NCBI GenBank assembly: GCA_028292435.1
Contig: JAQGMI010000106.1
Location: 23,974 to 87,973, forward strand
From: Betaproteobacteria bacterium
GTDB taxonomy: Bacteria > Pseudomonadota > Gammaproteobacteria > Burkholderiales > SG8-41
Direction: 5' to 3'
DNA length: 64,000 nucleotides
Shown: positions 19,842-28,773 of the stretch, one piece after another
Numbering within the stretch: position 1 is the first letter of the stretch
Layout: each line of letters starts with the position of its first letter
Position numbers and translations under genes: made by a program
Notes under the pieces: generated by a model
Databases searched by the model: none
Told to the model about the DNA's origin: nothing
Seen by the model: only the letters and a program-made list of their open reading frames with translations

Positions 19842-20563
19842 GCATTCTTGCCGTCAGGGATGAACACGTAACCGAAGCCCCATACGGTCTGGATGAACGC
19901 CGGTTTCGCGGCATCGGCCTCGATTAATTTGCGCAGGCGCGAAATCTGCACGTCGATCGAGCGGTCGAACGCGCCGAATTCGCGGCCGCGCGCGAGCTCC
20001 ATCAATTTGTCGCGCGACAGCGGCGTGCGCGGATGCTGAACGAGCACTTTGAGCAGCGCGAATTCGCCGGTTGTCAGCGGCAGTTGCTCGCCGTTGCGCG
20101 ACAGGCTGCGCGTGCCCATGTTGAAAGTGAAGCCGCCGAACTCGACCACTTGCTGTTCGGCGGTCGGCGCGCCCGGCGGCTGCGTGGCCGGCGCCCGGCG
20201 CAATACTGCCTGGATGCGCGCGAGCAGTTCACGCGGATTGAACGGCTTAGGCAAATAGTCGTCGGCGCCGACCTCGAGGCCGACGATGCGGTCGACGTCG
20301 TCGCCTTTGGCGGTCAGCATGATGATCGGCATTTTTTCGCCGAGCCCGCGCAGCCGGCGGCAGATCGACAGGCCGTCTTCGCCGGGCATCATCAGGTCAA
20401 GCACCATCAGGTCGTACCGCTCGCGCGCGAGCCAGCGATTCATGTCGTTGCCGTCGCCGCACGCGCGCACGCTGTAGCCCTGTTCGCTCAAATAGCGGTT
20501 CAGCAACTCGCGCAGTCGCGCGTCATCATCGACGACGATAATCCGGATTTTCGTATCGGTCAT
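19838..20563 (-). CDS. ompR: Response regulator OmpR/RisA
   Basis: VDDD, LDLMMPGEDG, GADDYLPKPFNPRELLAR, DRSIDVQISRLR, QTVWG. Confidence 0.93.
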   Translation of the reverse strand: MTDTKIRIIVVDDDARLRELLNRYLSEQGYSVRACGDGNDMNRWLARERYDLMVLDLMMPGEDGLSICRRLRGLGEKMPIIMLTAKGDDVDRIVGLEVGADDYLPKPFNPRELLARIQAVLRRAPATQPPGAPTAEQQVVEFGGFTFNMGTRSLSRNGEQLPLTTGEFALLKVLVQHPRTPLSRDKLMELARGREFGAFDRSIDVQISRLRKLIEADAAKPAFIQTVWGFGYVFIPDGKNA

Positions 20564-20668
20564 TAGTCACACCTTCAAGCGTCATGGCTTCATGCAGACG
20601 TACCATGCTAGCGGTTTGGCGCAGCCAATTCCAGCCATCACGCGGTGCAAATGCCCGTCAGCGCTCGA

Positions 20669-20688
20669 ATTGTCACAGATTGTTACAA
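20669..20688. promoter_or_regulatory. OmpR-family tandem binding box
   Basis: 10-bp-period direct repeat ATTGTCACAG/ATTGTTACAA in the divergent intergenic region upstream of ompR. Confidence 0.6.
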
Positions 20689-20816
20689 AAAATCGCTGGC
20701 CGTTAACAGCGCGCTTACATAGACGGAGTAGCATTCACGCCATGGGGATTTACCGGGGTGCGCGCCGATTCGAATGACGGCTGCATCGCGCGGCAATGCA
20801 GTCAAAAGGAGCTGTG

Positions 20817-20948
20817 ATGGAATTCGTACCATACGCAGGATTGATCGTGCTGGCGGCATGGCTGTGCATGAGCGCGTCCCGCCAGCGGCCGCAACCGGTA
20901 AGAACGCGCATTTACGATAACAGTTCCGATGCCGCGCGGCATCGCTAA
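20817..20948 (+). CDS. Small membrane protein, 43 aa (not in ORF track)
   Basis: RBS AAAGGAG; MEFVPYAGLIVLAAWLCMSASRQRPQPVRTRIYDNSSDAARHR. Confidence 0.6.
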   Translation: MEFVPYAGLIVLAAWLCMSASRQRPQPVRTRIYDNSSDAARHR

Positions 20949-20960
20949 ACGGATGCGACC

Positions 20961-21266
20961 GTGATGAGATTCGTGCTCAGTTTGATCTTCGCTGCGCTCA
21001 TTGTCGCGGCGCAACCGGCGGCGGCGCAATGGCGCCATCATTCCGGCGGCGGCAGGCCCTTCGACGTGCAGCAGCGCCAGGGCCCCGGCGGCTACCAGCG
21101 CCAGCAGCAGCCGCAACAGCCGCAGCGCGGCTTTCGGCAACCCGACCGGCAGCCCGATTATCGCCAGCCGGACCGGCGCCCCGACGGCAGGATGACGGAC
21201 GACGAACGGCGCGATCTGCGTCGCGATCTCGATCGCGCCAACCGCGAAATCTACAAGGGCCGTTAG
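20961..21266 (+). CDS. Secreted low-complexity Q/R/P-rich protein
   Basis: Signal peptide, QPDR-type mini-repeats, C-terminal helix RMTDDERRDLRRDL. Confidence 0.75.
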   Translation: MMRFVLSLIFAALIVAAQPAAAQWRHHSGGGRPFDVQQRQGPGGYQRQQQPQQPQRGFRQPDRQPDYRQPDRRPDGRMTDDERRDLRRDLDRANREIYKGR

Positions 21267-21306
21267 TCTCGGCCTTCGACTGAATTCATAAAACGGAGAA
21301 CGAGCG

Positions 21307-21843
21307 ATGACAAACCGCGTGCTGCCGCCAATTTCGGCGATGTTGTTCTCGATGCTGTTGTCCGTGGCCGCCACGCCCGGCTTTGCGCAAGGTATAGCGG
21401 GCGGCGCGGTCGGCGCAGACGGCAAGTCCGGCGCGCCGGTGAACCGCGATGAGATGAAAGGCCGCATGCACGAGCAGTGCAAGGCCAACCCCCAGCAGTG
21501 CGAGGAAATGAAAAAGAAAATGCAGCAGCGCCGCGAGCAATGTAAAGCGGATCCGGAGAAATGCCGCGCCGAAATGAAGGCGAAGCGCGAGGAGCGCTGC
21601 AAGGCCGATCCAAAACGCTGCGAGGAAATGAAAGCCAAAATGCAGAAGCGCCGCGAAGAGTGCCAGGCCAATCCTGAAAAATGCCGCGCGGAAATGAAAT
21701 CGCGCTTCGAAGAGCGCTGCAAGCAGAACCCGCAGCGTTGCGAAGAAATGAAATCGCGCATGAAAGAGCGCCAGGAACAGTGCAAAGCGGATCCGTCCAA
21801 GTGTCCGGCCGGGGCCAAAGGGCCGCGCCCCGACGGCAAATAA
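21307..21843 (+). CDS. Secreted Cys-repeat helical protein (six Cx6C units)
   Basis: RBS GGAG, signal peptide, repeated C[KQ]x[ND]PxxC units. Confidence 0.8.
   Translation: MTNRVLPPISAMLFSMLLSVAATPGFAQGIAGGAVGADGKSGAPVNRDEMKGRMHEQCKANPQQCEEMKKKMQQRREQCKADPEKCRAEMKAKREERCKADPKRCEEMKAKMQKRREECQANPEKCRAEMKSRFEERCKQNPQRCEEMKSRMKERQEQCKADPSKCPAGAKGPRPDGK
21478..21804 (+). repeat. Intragenic tandem repeat, 120-bp period (63+57 bp sub-units), about 2.7 copies
   Basis: Segments at 21481/21601/21721 and at 21541/21661/21781 align. Confidence 0.85.
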
Positions 21844-21859
21844 AAAATCGGGCGTCGTC

Positions 21860-21988
21860 GTGGAAAGAATTCTGTTCTGGACTTTGTTCGCTGCCGGCGT
21901 TGTGCTGGCGGCGTGGCTGCCGGTGACCAGCGCGTATCCCCAATTTCCGCAGCAGCTGGTCCACCTCGTCATACGGGCCGTTACCTAG
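21860..21988 (+). CDS. Small membrane protein, 42 aa (not in ORF track)
   Basis: GTG start; MERILFWTLFAAGVVLAAWLPVTSAYPQFPQQLVHLVIRAVT fills the intergenic gap; weak RBS. Confidence 0.45.
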   Translation: MERILFWTLFAAGVVLAAWLPVTSAYPQFPQQLVHLVIRAVT

Positions 21989-21996
21989 TTGTCAAC

Positions 21997-23499
21997 ATGA
22001 GACGCCTGCAGGCAAATGGCTTCTTGCGGCATATCGGCGCGCTGGCCGTTTTACTTGCGCTGCTCGTACTGCTCGCGCCGCTGACGTCGCACGCAGCAGC
22101 GCCGATGGGCTTCGATGAAGCGCGTCACCTGTTAAATCGCACGAGTTTCGCGGCCAACGTCGACGACATCAATGCGTTCGCGAAATTGAGCCGCGCGCAG
22201 GCCGTCGATCAACTGCTTGCGTGGACTGGGACGTACAAGGTGGGCACGCCGCCGCCCGCGTGGATCAATGACTTTCAATCGCCGCGCCGGCTGCGCGCGA
22301 TGAGCGAAGAGCAGAGAAAGGTTGCCCAGCGCGAGCAGGTCCAGAAGGGCCTCGAGCTGCGCGGCTGGTGGATGACGGAAATGATCGCGACGCCTTCGCC
22401 GTTGACCGAAAAAATGGTGCTGTTCTGGCACAACCATTTCGTGTCGAGCCTGCAGAAAGTGCGCTCGCCGGTGCTCATGTATCGCCAGCAACTGGTTTTG
22501 CGCAAGCATGCGCTCGGCTACTTCGGCGACCTGCTGCACGAGGTAGCGAAAGACCCGGCGATGGTGGTTTATCTCGACAACGCATCCAATCGCAAAGCGC
22601 AGCCGAATGAAAACTTCGCGCGCGAAGTGATGGAACTGTTTACGCTGGGCGAGGGCAATTACACGGAGGCCGACGTCAAGGAAGCGGCGCGCGCGTTCAC
22701 CGGCTGGAGCATCGATCCGGATTCCGGCGACTACCTGTGGCGTCCCGCTATCCATGACGAAGGCGTGAAGACGGTGCTTGGCCGTAGCGGTAATTTCGAT
22801 GGTGATGCCGTGCTCGACATCCTGCTCGCGCAGCCATCGACGGCTGAGCTGGTCGTCGGCAAGCTCTGGCGCGAGTTTGTGTCGCCGGCGCCTGAGGCGG
22901 CCGAAGTCAAGCGCATCGCCCGCATGTTTCGCGACAATCGCTACAACGTCAAAGTCGCCTTGCGCGCGCTGCTGACGTCTGACGCGTTTTACGCGCCGCA
23001 AAATCGGGCCGCGCTGATCAAGTCGCCGGTCGATCTGGTTGTGGGCACGGCGCGCCAGTTTCGCGTGGAGGCGGCCGACGCGCTGCCATTTGTGCTCGCA
23101 TCGCGTCAACTCGGGCAGGATCTGTTCGCGCCGCCGAACGTAAAGGGATGGCCGGGCGGTGAGGCGTGGATCAACAGCGCGACACTTTTGCAGCGCAAGC
23201 AGTTGCTCGATCGCCTGTTTCAGCCGCAAGACCGGCGTGCGCAGCTGATGGCGGTCAATGCGCCTGCTGAAATGCAGAACGGCGGTCAGCAAGCCGGCGG
23301 CGAAGCGCGCGAACGTTTCATGCGGTCGATGGCGAGCGTCCGTTTCGACGAGGCAAGATGGCGGGCGCAATTTTCGGCCAATGAACCGCTGATGACGAAA
23401 GTGCTGCTTGCCGGCGAGCCCGTCGCTGCTCGGCCGCAGCTTCAGGGAATGGAACAGTTGCGTCAGCTCGTGCTTGACCCTTCGTATCAGTTGAAATGA
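21997..23499 (+). CDS. DUF1800 family protein
   Basis: ARHLLNR, EKMVLFWHNHF, PAMVVYLDN, PNENFAREVMELFTLG, PPNVKGW. Confidence 0.93.
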   Translation: MRRLQANGFLRHIGALAVLLALLVLLAPLTSHAAAPMGFDEARHLLNRTSFAANVDDINAFAKLSRAQAVDQLLAWTGTYKVGTPPPAWINDFQSPRRLRAMSEEQRKVAQREQVQKGLELRGWWMTEMIATPSPLTEKMVLFWHNHFVSSLQKVRSPVLMYRQQLVLRKHALGYFGDLLHEVAKDPAMVVYLDNASNRKAQPNENFAREVMELFTLGEGNYTEADVKEAARAFTGWSIDPDSGDYLWRPAIHDEGVKTVLGRSGNFDGDAVLDILLAQPSTAELVVGKLWREFVSPAPEAAEVKRIARMFRDNRYNVKVALRALLTSDAFYAPQNRAALIKSPVDLVVGTARQFRVEAADALPFVLASRQLGQDLFAPPNVKGWPGGEAWINSATLLQRKQLLDRLFQPQDRRAQLMAVNAPAEMQNGGQQAGGEARERFMRSMASVRFDEARWRAQFSANEPLMTKVLLAGEPVAARPQLQGMEQLRQLVLDPSYQLK

Positions 23500-23518
23500 C
23501 CGGCTAAAGGAAACCGCC

Positions 23519-24676
23519 ATGCAGCGACGCGATTTTTTGAGTGCTGTGGGAGCCGCAACCGTTGCAGCGTGGGTGCCCGCGTTCGCGCACGCGGGGACGG
23601 CGGGCCGCTATGAAAATCTGCTGATCATCGTCGAATTGAAAGGCGGCAACGACGGCTTGAATACGGTCATCCCGTACGCCGACGCCGACTATCAGGGCCT
23701 GCGGCCGCGGCTGGCGATTGCGCGCGACCAGGTACTGCAACTCGATGCGCGCACCGGCCTGCATCCGTCGCTCGGCGCGTTGATGCCGCTGTGGCAAAAC
23801 CGCGAACTTGCGGTCGTGCAGGGCGTCGGTTATCCAGGCGCGAACCTGTCGCACTTTCGCTCGATAGAAATCTGGGACACGGCATCAAAAAGCAGCGAGT
23901 ACTTGAGCGACGGCTGGTTGACGCGCGCATTTGCGCAAGCCCCGGTCCCGCGCGCCTACGCAGCAGACGGTATTGTCGTCGGCTCGAACGAAATGGGCCC
24001 CTTGGCCGGTGGCGGGACTCGCGCGCTCGCACTGACCAATACCGAACAGTTTTTGCGCCAAGCGAAACTGGCTGGCAGTGAAGGCGTGTCGCGCAACGCC
24101 GCCCTCAATCACATTTTGAAAGTCGAGCAAGACGTCGTGCAGGCTGCCGGCAACTTGAGTGCGACTTATGCGTTCCGCACGGAATTTCCCGCCAATCCGC
24201 TTGGCAATGCATTCAAAACTGCCGCGCAGGTCGTCGCCAGCAAGGCCGGTGTCGCGGTTGTAAAAATTACTCAAAACGGCTACGACACGCATAGCGGCCA
24301 GCAAGGCACGCAACAGCGCCTGCTGAAAGAACTCGCCGAAGGGATCAATGCGATGCGCTCGGCCATGCAGGAAATCGATCGCTGGAATTCGGCGCTAATG
24401 ATGACGTATTGCGAATTTGGCCGCCGGCCAAAAGAAAATCAGAGTGGCGGCACGGACCACGGTACCGCGAACGCGCATTTTGTGCTCGGCGGCCGCGTCA
24501 AAGGCGGACTTTACGGCGCGCCCCCGGCGCTCAATCGACTGGACGGCAATGGGAACCTGCCGTTCGCGGTTGATTTCCGCGATCTCTACGCGACGGCGCT
24601 CGAGCGCTGGTGGGGCCTGAACGCCGTCGTCGCGTTGAACGGCCGCTTCATTCCTGTCGACGTCTTGAAGGCCTAG
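23519..24676 (+). CDS. DUF1501 family protein (Tat signal)
   Basis: QRRDFL, GGNDGLNTVIP, SHFRS, YDTH, EFGR, GTDHG, VDFRDLYA. Confidence 0.93.
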   Translation: MQRRDFLSAVGAATVAAWVPAFAHAGTAGRYENLLIIVELKGGNDGLNTVIPYADADYQGLRPRLAIARDQVLQLDARTGLHPSLGALMPLWQNRELAVVQGVGYPGANLSHFRSIEIWDTASKSSEYLSDGWLTRAFAQAPVPRAYAADGIVVGSNEMGPLAGGGTRALALTNTEQFLRQAKLAGSEGVSRNAALNHILKVEQDVVQAAGNLSATYAFRTEFPANPLGNAFKTAAQVVASKAGVAVVKITQNGYDTHSGQQGTQQRLLKELAEGINAMRSAMQEIDRWNSALMMTYCEFGRRPKENQSGGTDHGTANAHFVLGGRVKGGLYGAPPALNRLDGNGNLPFAVDFRDLYATALERWWGLNAVVALNGRFIPVDVLKA

Positions 24677-24683
24677 CGCCAGG

Positions 24684-25802
24684 ATGCGTCGTCGGCTGTG
24701 GTTGGCGGCGATGTTCATGCTGTCGTCGTCGGCGATTGCTGCGCCTGCGCCGCCGCTGCAACCGGCAAGCGGTCCGGGCGGTGCGGATTACAAGCATCGC
24801 GAAGTGGTCGCCGCTTCGCACGGCAAGGGCGCCACTCAATTCTGGTTGTTCGAGCCCGCCGCACCGGTCCCGAAATCGGCGCCGGTCGTCGTGTTTCTTC
24901 ACGGTTGGGGCGGCGTCAATCCGGATCCTTACCGCGCGTGGATCGATCACCTCGTCAAGCGTGGCAACATCGTCATCTATCCGCGCTACCAGGCTGACTT
25001 CGGTACGTCCGTTGCAGACTTCACGCCCAACGCGATTGTCGCCGTGATGAGTGCCCTTGATCTGCTGCGCGCCGATGAGAAGCGCACCGCGCCCGACCTG
25101 AAGCGCTTCGCCCTCGTCGGCCATTCGATGGGCGGCGTTCTCGCCGCTAATCTGGCGGCGCGCGCGCAAGCGAGCGGTTTGCCGCCAGTGCAGGCTTTCA
25201 TGAGTGTGCAGCCCGGCAAAACCAGTAGGGTGGCGCGGCGCATGGTGGTCGTGCTCGACGATTTATCGCGGGTTCCAGCCCAGACGCTGATTCTGGCGGT
25301 GGCGGGCGACCGTGACCGCGTGGTGCGCGATTTCGATGCCAGGCGCATATACGCCGAGACCGCTCAGGTGCCGCCTCGCAACAAGAATCTGGTCATGGTT
25401 ATGTCAGACGCTTATGGTTCGCCGCCGCTCGAGGCGCACCACTTTTCACCGCTCGCGAGGGCGGGGGCGCCCGCGCCGCGGGCGTCTGAAGGACACCGGT
25501 TGAGTTCGACCCGGGAACGCATGCTGGAGCGGGGCGGCGCGCAGGGGGACCGGCCGCCAGACCCGACGCGCATCGACACCGAAGATGATGAAGACGTGGC
25601 AGACGTCGGTCTGGCGACCGTTACGACGCCCGACGCACTCGATTTTTTCGGCTATTGGAAGCTTTTCGATGCGCTGACGGATGCGGCGTTCTACGGCCGG
25701 AACCGCGAATATGCGCTTGGCAACACGTCGCAGCAGCGCTCCATGGGCGCGTGGAGCGATGGCCGCCCGGTCAGGGAGTTGATCGTTTTCGACCCGAATT
25801 GA
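24684..25802 (+). CDS. Secreted alpha/beta hydrolase
   Basis: Signal peptide, VVFLHGWG oxyanion region, GHSMGG nucleophile elbow. Confidence 0.85.
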   Translation: MRRRLWLAAMFMLSSSAIAAPAPPLQPASGPGGADYKHREVVAASHGKGATQFWLFEPAAPVPKSAPVVVFLHGWGGVNPDPYRAWIDHLVKRGNIVIYPRYQADFGTSVADFTPNAIVAVMSALDLLRADEKRTAPDLKRFALVGHSMGGVLAANLAARAQASGLPPVQAFMSVQPGKTSRVARRMVVVLDDLSRVPAQTLILAVAGDRDRVVRDFDARRIYAETAQVPPRNKNLVMVMSDAYGSPPLEAHHFSPLARAGAPAPRASEGHRLSSTRERMLERGGAQGDRPPDPTRIDTEDDEDVADVGLATVTTPDALDFFGYWKLFDALTDAAFYGRNREYALGNTSQQRSMGAWSDGRPVRELIVFDPN

Positions 25803-26008
25803 GGCCGGAAACGGTCAAATTTACCGGTTCGGAAGGGTCGGTCCTGATGCCGTTAGCATGCAGTTTACCCTCTGGGAACGGCTTTTTTAGGTAAGAAGTG
25901 AGCCGCAGACCCCTGATTTAATATATCATTGCCCCGAGTGAGGAGCCGTGAGTTTGGTTGTACGCGTAGTTGGCTCAAGTGTGAATACAAAATCGAAAGA
26001 CACACACC

Positions 26009-27136
26009 ATGCTAGCAACTAGGATTCGCCAAAAAGATGGGATTTTTTATTTCGCCAGTTGCCCGGCGAAGGAAATCCTGAACAAAGTCCGGTTCATCAG
26101 CCGCTACTACGGCGAGGATGAGCAGATTGCTGCGCAGACCGTGCCGCAAAACGATGAAATCGCGCAATTTATCGCGCGCATCGAGCGCAATGACGCGGCA
26201 TTCCAGCGTGTGGTATCACGCGCCAAAGTCCGTTCGCTCAAAAATTTCTACGAAATGGCGGTCACCCAGCCGCCGATTCCGGGCACCGTGCTGCTGTTCA
26301 CGAGTGACAAACTCAATTTCCGCACGCTCGAAGGCCAGGACAATGTCGGCCACTTGCAGGAACCGACTTCGAAGTATCTGATCATCGACGGCCAGCACCG
26401 GCTTGCGGCGCTGCGTTTTTATCTCGCCGAGCATCCCGAAGAAGCCAAAGGCATCGACGTGCCGTGCGTGATTTTCGACGCGCGCAGCGAAGATTTTGCC
26501 GCCGAAATGTTCGTCATCATTAATTCGACGCCGACCCGCATCAACAAAAGTCACCTCGTCGATCTGTACGAGCGTGTGTCCTGGGCCGATCCCGATCGCC
26601 GGTTTGCGGCGCGTCTGGTCGACAGTCTCTACAGCGAATCCGATAGCCCGCTGCGCTATCGCATCAACCGCCTTGGTGGGCGCAGCCTTAAAGACAAATG
26701 GATTCTGCAGGCAGAGCTGTTCAACGAGCTGTATCGCTGGGTGCGCGCGGACTGGAAAAAAATCAAGCAGGCGACCAACAGCTATCGCGAAGCCGAGAAG
26801 TATTACGAAATCGTGCGCGATTTCTTAAAAGCCGCGCAGCGCGTGTGGGGCGATACCTGGGCCAACGACAGCTACATGGTCACGAAGCCGGTCACATTGA
26901 AAGCGTTGATCCGCGTATGTGCCGACCTGGCGCGCGAAGATGCCGATCCGGCCGATGGCCGCTTGAAGCGGTGGGAAGAACGCCTCGGCGTGTGGGCCGA
27001 TCAGCAGAAGTCTTTCAAGGTCGACGGGTTCTACGAGCGTTTCCCGGCCAAGGGTGAAGTCGAGCGTGTTGCCCGCATCCATCGCGATCTCGCGAAAGCT
27101 GCGTCGATCGAAGTTAGAACCGCAAAAGCCACCTGA
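26009..27136 (+). CDS. DGQHR domain protein (DndB-like, ParB/Srx fold)
   Basis: FQR, IIDGQHRL and MFVIINS motifs. Confidence 0.88.
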   Translation: MLATRIRQKDGIFYFASCPAKEILNKVRFISRYYGEDEQIAAQTVPQNDEIAQFIARIERNDAAFQRVVSRAKVRSLKNFYEMAVTQPPIPGTVLLFTSDKLNFRTLEGQDNVGHLQEPTSKYLIIDGQHRLAALRFYLAEHPEEAKGIDVPCVIFDARSEDFAAEMFVIINSTPTRINKSHLVDLYERVSWADPDRRFAARLVDSLYSESDSPLRYRINRLGGRSLKDKWILQAELFNELYRWVRADWKKIKQATNSYREAEKYYEIVRDFLKAAQRVWGDTWANDSYMVTKPVTLKALIRVCADLAREDADPADGRLKRWEERLGVWADQQKSFKVDGFYERFPAKGEVERVARIHRDLAKAASIEVRTAKAT

Positions 27137-27145
27137 CAGCAGTTG

Positions 27146-27688
27146 TCAGCGCGCGGCCTGCGGTGTCGCCGCGGGTTGCGCGACCGCTTCCTTGTAACGC
27201 CGGCCGCGATCGACAATGCGCCGGTCTCTCACCAGCTCCATCACCGGAACGCCATAACCGCAACTCGTCATCGTGTTGTCGATCTCGATTTCGATGACCT
27301 GGCGGGCGGCGCCTTTCAGTTCGCGTGCCGGCTGCTGCAGCAATAAATCCGCCAGCGGGGATTCGGCAACCGGCGTAACCGTCGCGCGCCCGAACAAGCG
27401 GACGGTCGCGGCATCTTCACCTTCGAACGAGCTGATCATGACCGTGATGGGGCCGCCCGCAGTGCAGTGACGCGCGGTTTCGTTGCCTGAGCCCCGGTAA
27501 TCGAGATAGGCGACACGATTCGGCCCGATGATATGCAAAGGCACACCACCCTTGGCCGAGACATTCACCGGACCGACTTCATGCGGACCGCACTTGAGCG
27601 CAGGATCGGCGGACGCCACGAAGAATAGCGGCGCTTTGCGGATGAGTTCGGCTTGTTCGGTGGTGATCGAAGGGTGGTAAGTAGCCAT
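27146..27688 (-). CDS. Pyridoxamine 5'-phosphate oxidase-like FMN-binding protein
   Basis: FFVASA, VNVSAKG, YLDYRGSGNETARH, TSCGYGVP. Confidence 0.88.
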   Translation of the reverse strand: MATYHPSITTEQAELIRKAPLFFVASADPALKCGPHEVGPVNVSAKGGVPLHIIGPNRVAYLDYRGSGNETARHCTAGGPITVMISSFEGEDAATVRLFGRATVTPVAESPLADLLLQQPARELKGAARQVIEIEIDNTMTSCGYGVPVMELVRDRRIVDRGRRYKEAVAQPAATPQAAR

Positions 27689-27690
27689 CG

Positions 27691-28410
27691 TCAAACGCCT
27701 AGCTGAGCGGCGACATCTTCAAAATCGCTGGCGTTGATGTCGAACGCGGGTTCGGCCGAGAGGTCGGGATGCTTGCCTTTGCCGTATTCGAGCGGCCGCA
27801 GCACGAGCGCGGTCTTGAGACCCTGTTTCGCCGCGTGCCGCAGGTCGTCCTTGTGCGCGGCGACCATCATGACTTCATCCGGCTTCAACCCGAGTATGTC
27901 GGCGGCGCCCAGATACGCTTCGGGATCCGGTTTGTAATGATGAAATACTTCGGCCGACAGGATAAGGTCCCACGGCAGGCCGGCATGCTTCGCCATGTTG
28001 TTGAGCAGCGCGACGTTGCCGTTCGAAAGCGTGGCGATCGTAAATTTCTTTTTGAGCCGCTTGAGGCCGCGCACGGAATCGGACCATGGCTTGAGGCGAT
28101 GCCATGCCCGGTTAAGCTCGAACTTTTCTTCCTCGCTGAGCGTCGTGATCTTGAACTTGGCGAGGATGTCGTCGAGGATCATGCGGTGCAGATCGTCGAT
28201 CTTCGTCCACGGCAGCTCGCCGCGACCAACGCGGTCCATCGCCGGCCGATAGCCGGCGCGCCACGCGTCCGCGAATTTGGCGGGGTTTACGCGAAAGCCT
28301 TTGGCTTTCGCCAGCGTGCGAATCTCACGCACGATGCTGCCGCGCCAATCGACCACCGTGCCGAAGACGTCGAAGGTCAGCGCTTTGACGCCAGCCAGCG
28401 CGGGATTCAC
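27691..28410 (-). CDS. Haloacid dehalogenase type II
   Basis: FDVFGTVVDWR, WHRLKPW, LSNGN, YKPDP, MVAAH; GTGA overlap with upstream gene. Confidence 0.9.
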   Translation of the reverse strand: MNPALAGVKALTFDVFGTVVDWRGSIVREIRTLAKAKGFRVNPAKFADAWRAGYRPAMDRVGRGELPWTKIDDLHRMILDDILAKFKITTLSEEEKFELNRAWHRLKPWSDSVRGLKRLKKKFTIATLSNGNVALLNNMAKHAGLPWDLILSAEVFHHYKPDPEAYLGAADILGLKPDEVMMVAAHKDDLRHAAKQGLKTALVLRPLEYGKGKHPDLSAEPAFDINASDFEDVAAQLGV

Positions 28411-28760
28411 TTGATTGCCACGCACATGATTTCGACCAGCGTATCGGCCGAGCCCAATCGTGCTTCAACGCAGGCGCGTGCGGGCGCAGATTTCGAATCC
28501 ATCCACGCAAGCCATGCTTCGTCCATCTTGGGCTTCAATCGCATGTCGCTGACGTAAACGACGGCCGACACGATTTTTGTTTTGTCGCTGCCGCCGCGCG
28601 CGAGCAGCTTGTCGATCTGGCGCAGGATGCTTTCGGTCTGTTCTTTGATGCCGACTTTTACGTCTTCACCGACCTGGCCCGCGAGATACAGCGTGCCGTC
28701 GTACTCGACCATGTCGGAGAGCCGCTTGTCGGGATCGTAACGAACGATGTCTTTGCTCAT
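28407..28760 (-). CDS. RidA family protein (YoaB-like)
   Basis: LYLAGQV, MDEAW, PARACVEA, LVEI. Confidence 0.9.
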   Translation of the reverse strand: MSKDIVRYDPDKRLSDMVEYDGTLYLAGQVGEDVKVGIKEQTESILRQIDKLLARGGSDKTKIVSAVVYVSDMRLKPKMDEAWLAWMDSKSAPARACVEARLGSADTLVEIMCVAIK

Positions 28761-28773
28761 ATCGTTTCTCCGG

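Noticed and set aside
21478-21804. Possible CRISPR array
   Set aside because: Repeats are in-frame, degenerate at codon third positions and lack unique spacers; no cas genes
20802-21972. Long minus-strand ORFs (345, 233 and 228 aa) with repetitive sequence
   Set aside because: Antisense shadows of the Cys-repeat gene; the + frame has an RBS, a signal peptide and coherent repeats
25848-25888. GCCGTT...AACGGC followed by a T-run, as a terminator or riboswitch upstream of the DGQHR gene
   Set aside because: Only a 6-bp stem with a long loop, and no riboswitch consensus that I recognise; needs an Rfam scan
26009-27136. Complete DNA phosphorothioation (dnd) system
   Set aside because: No dndA, dndC, dndD, dndE or ssp genes in the window
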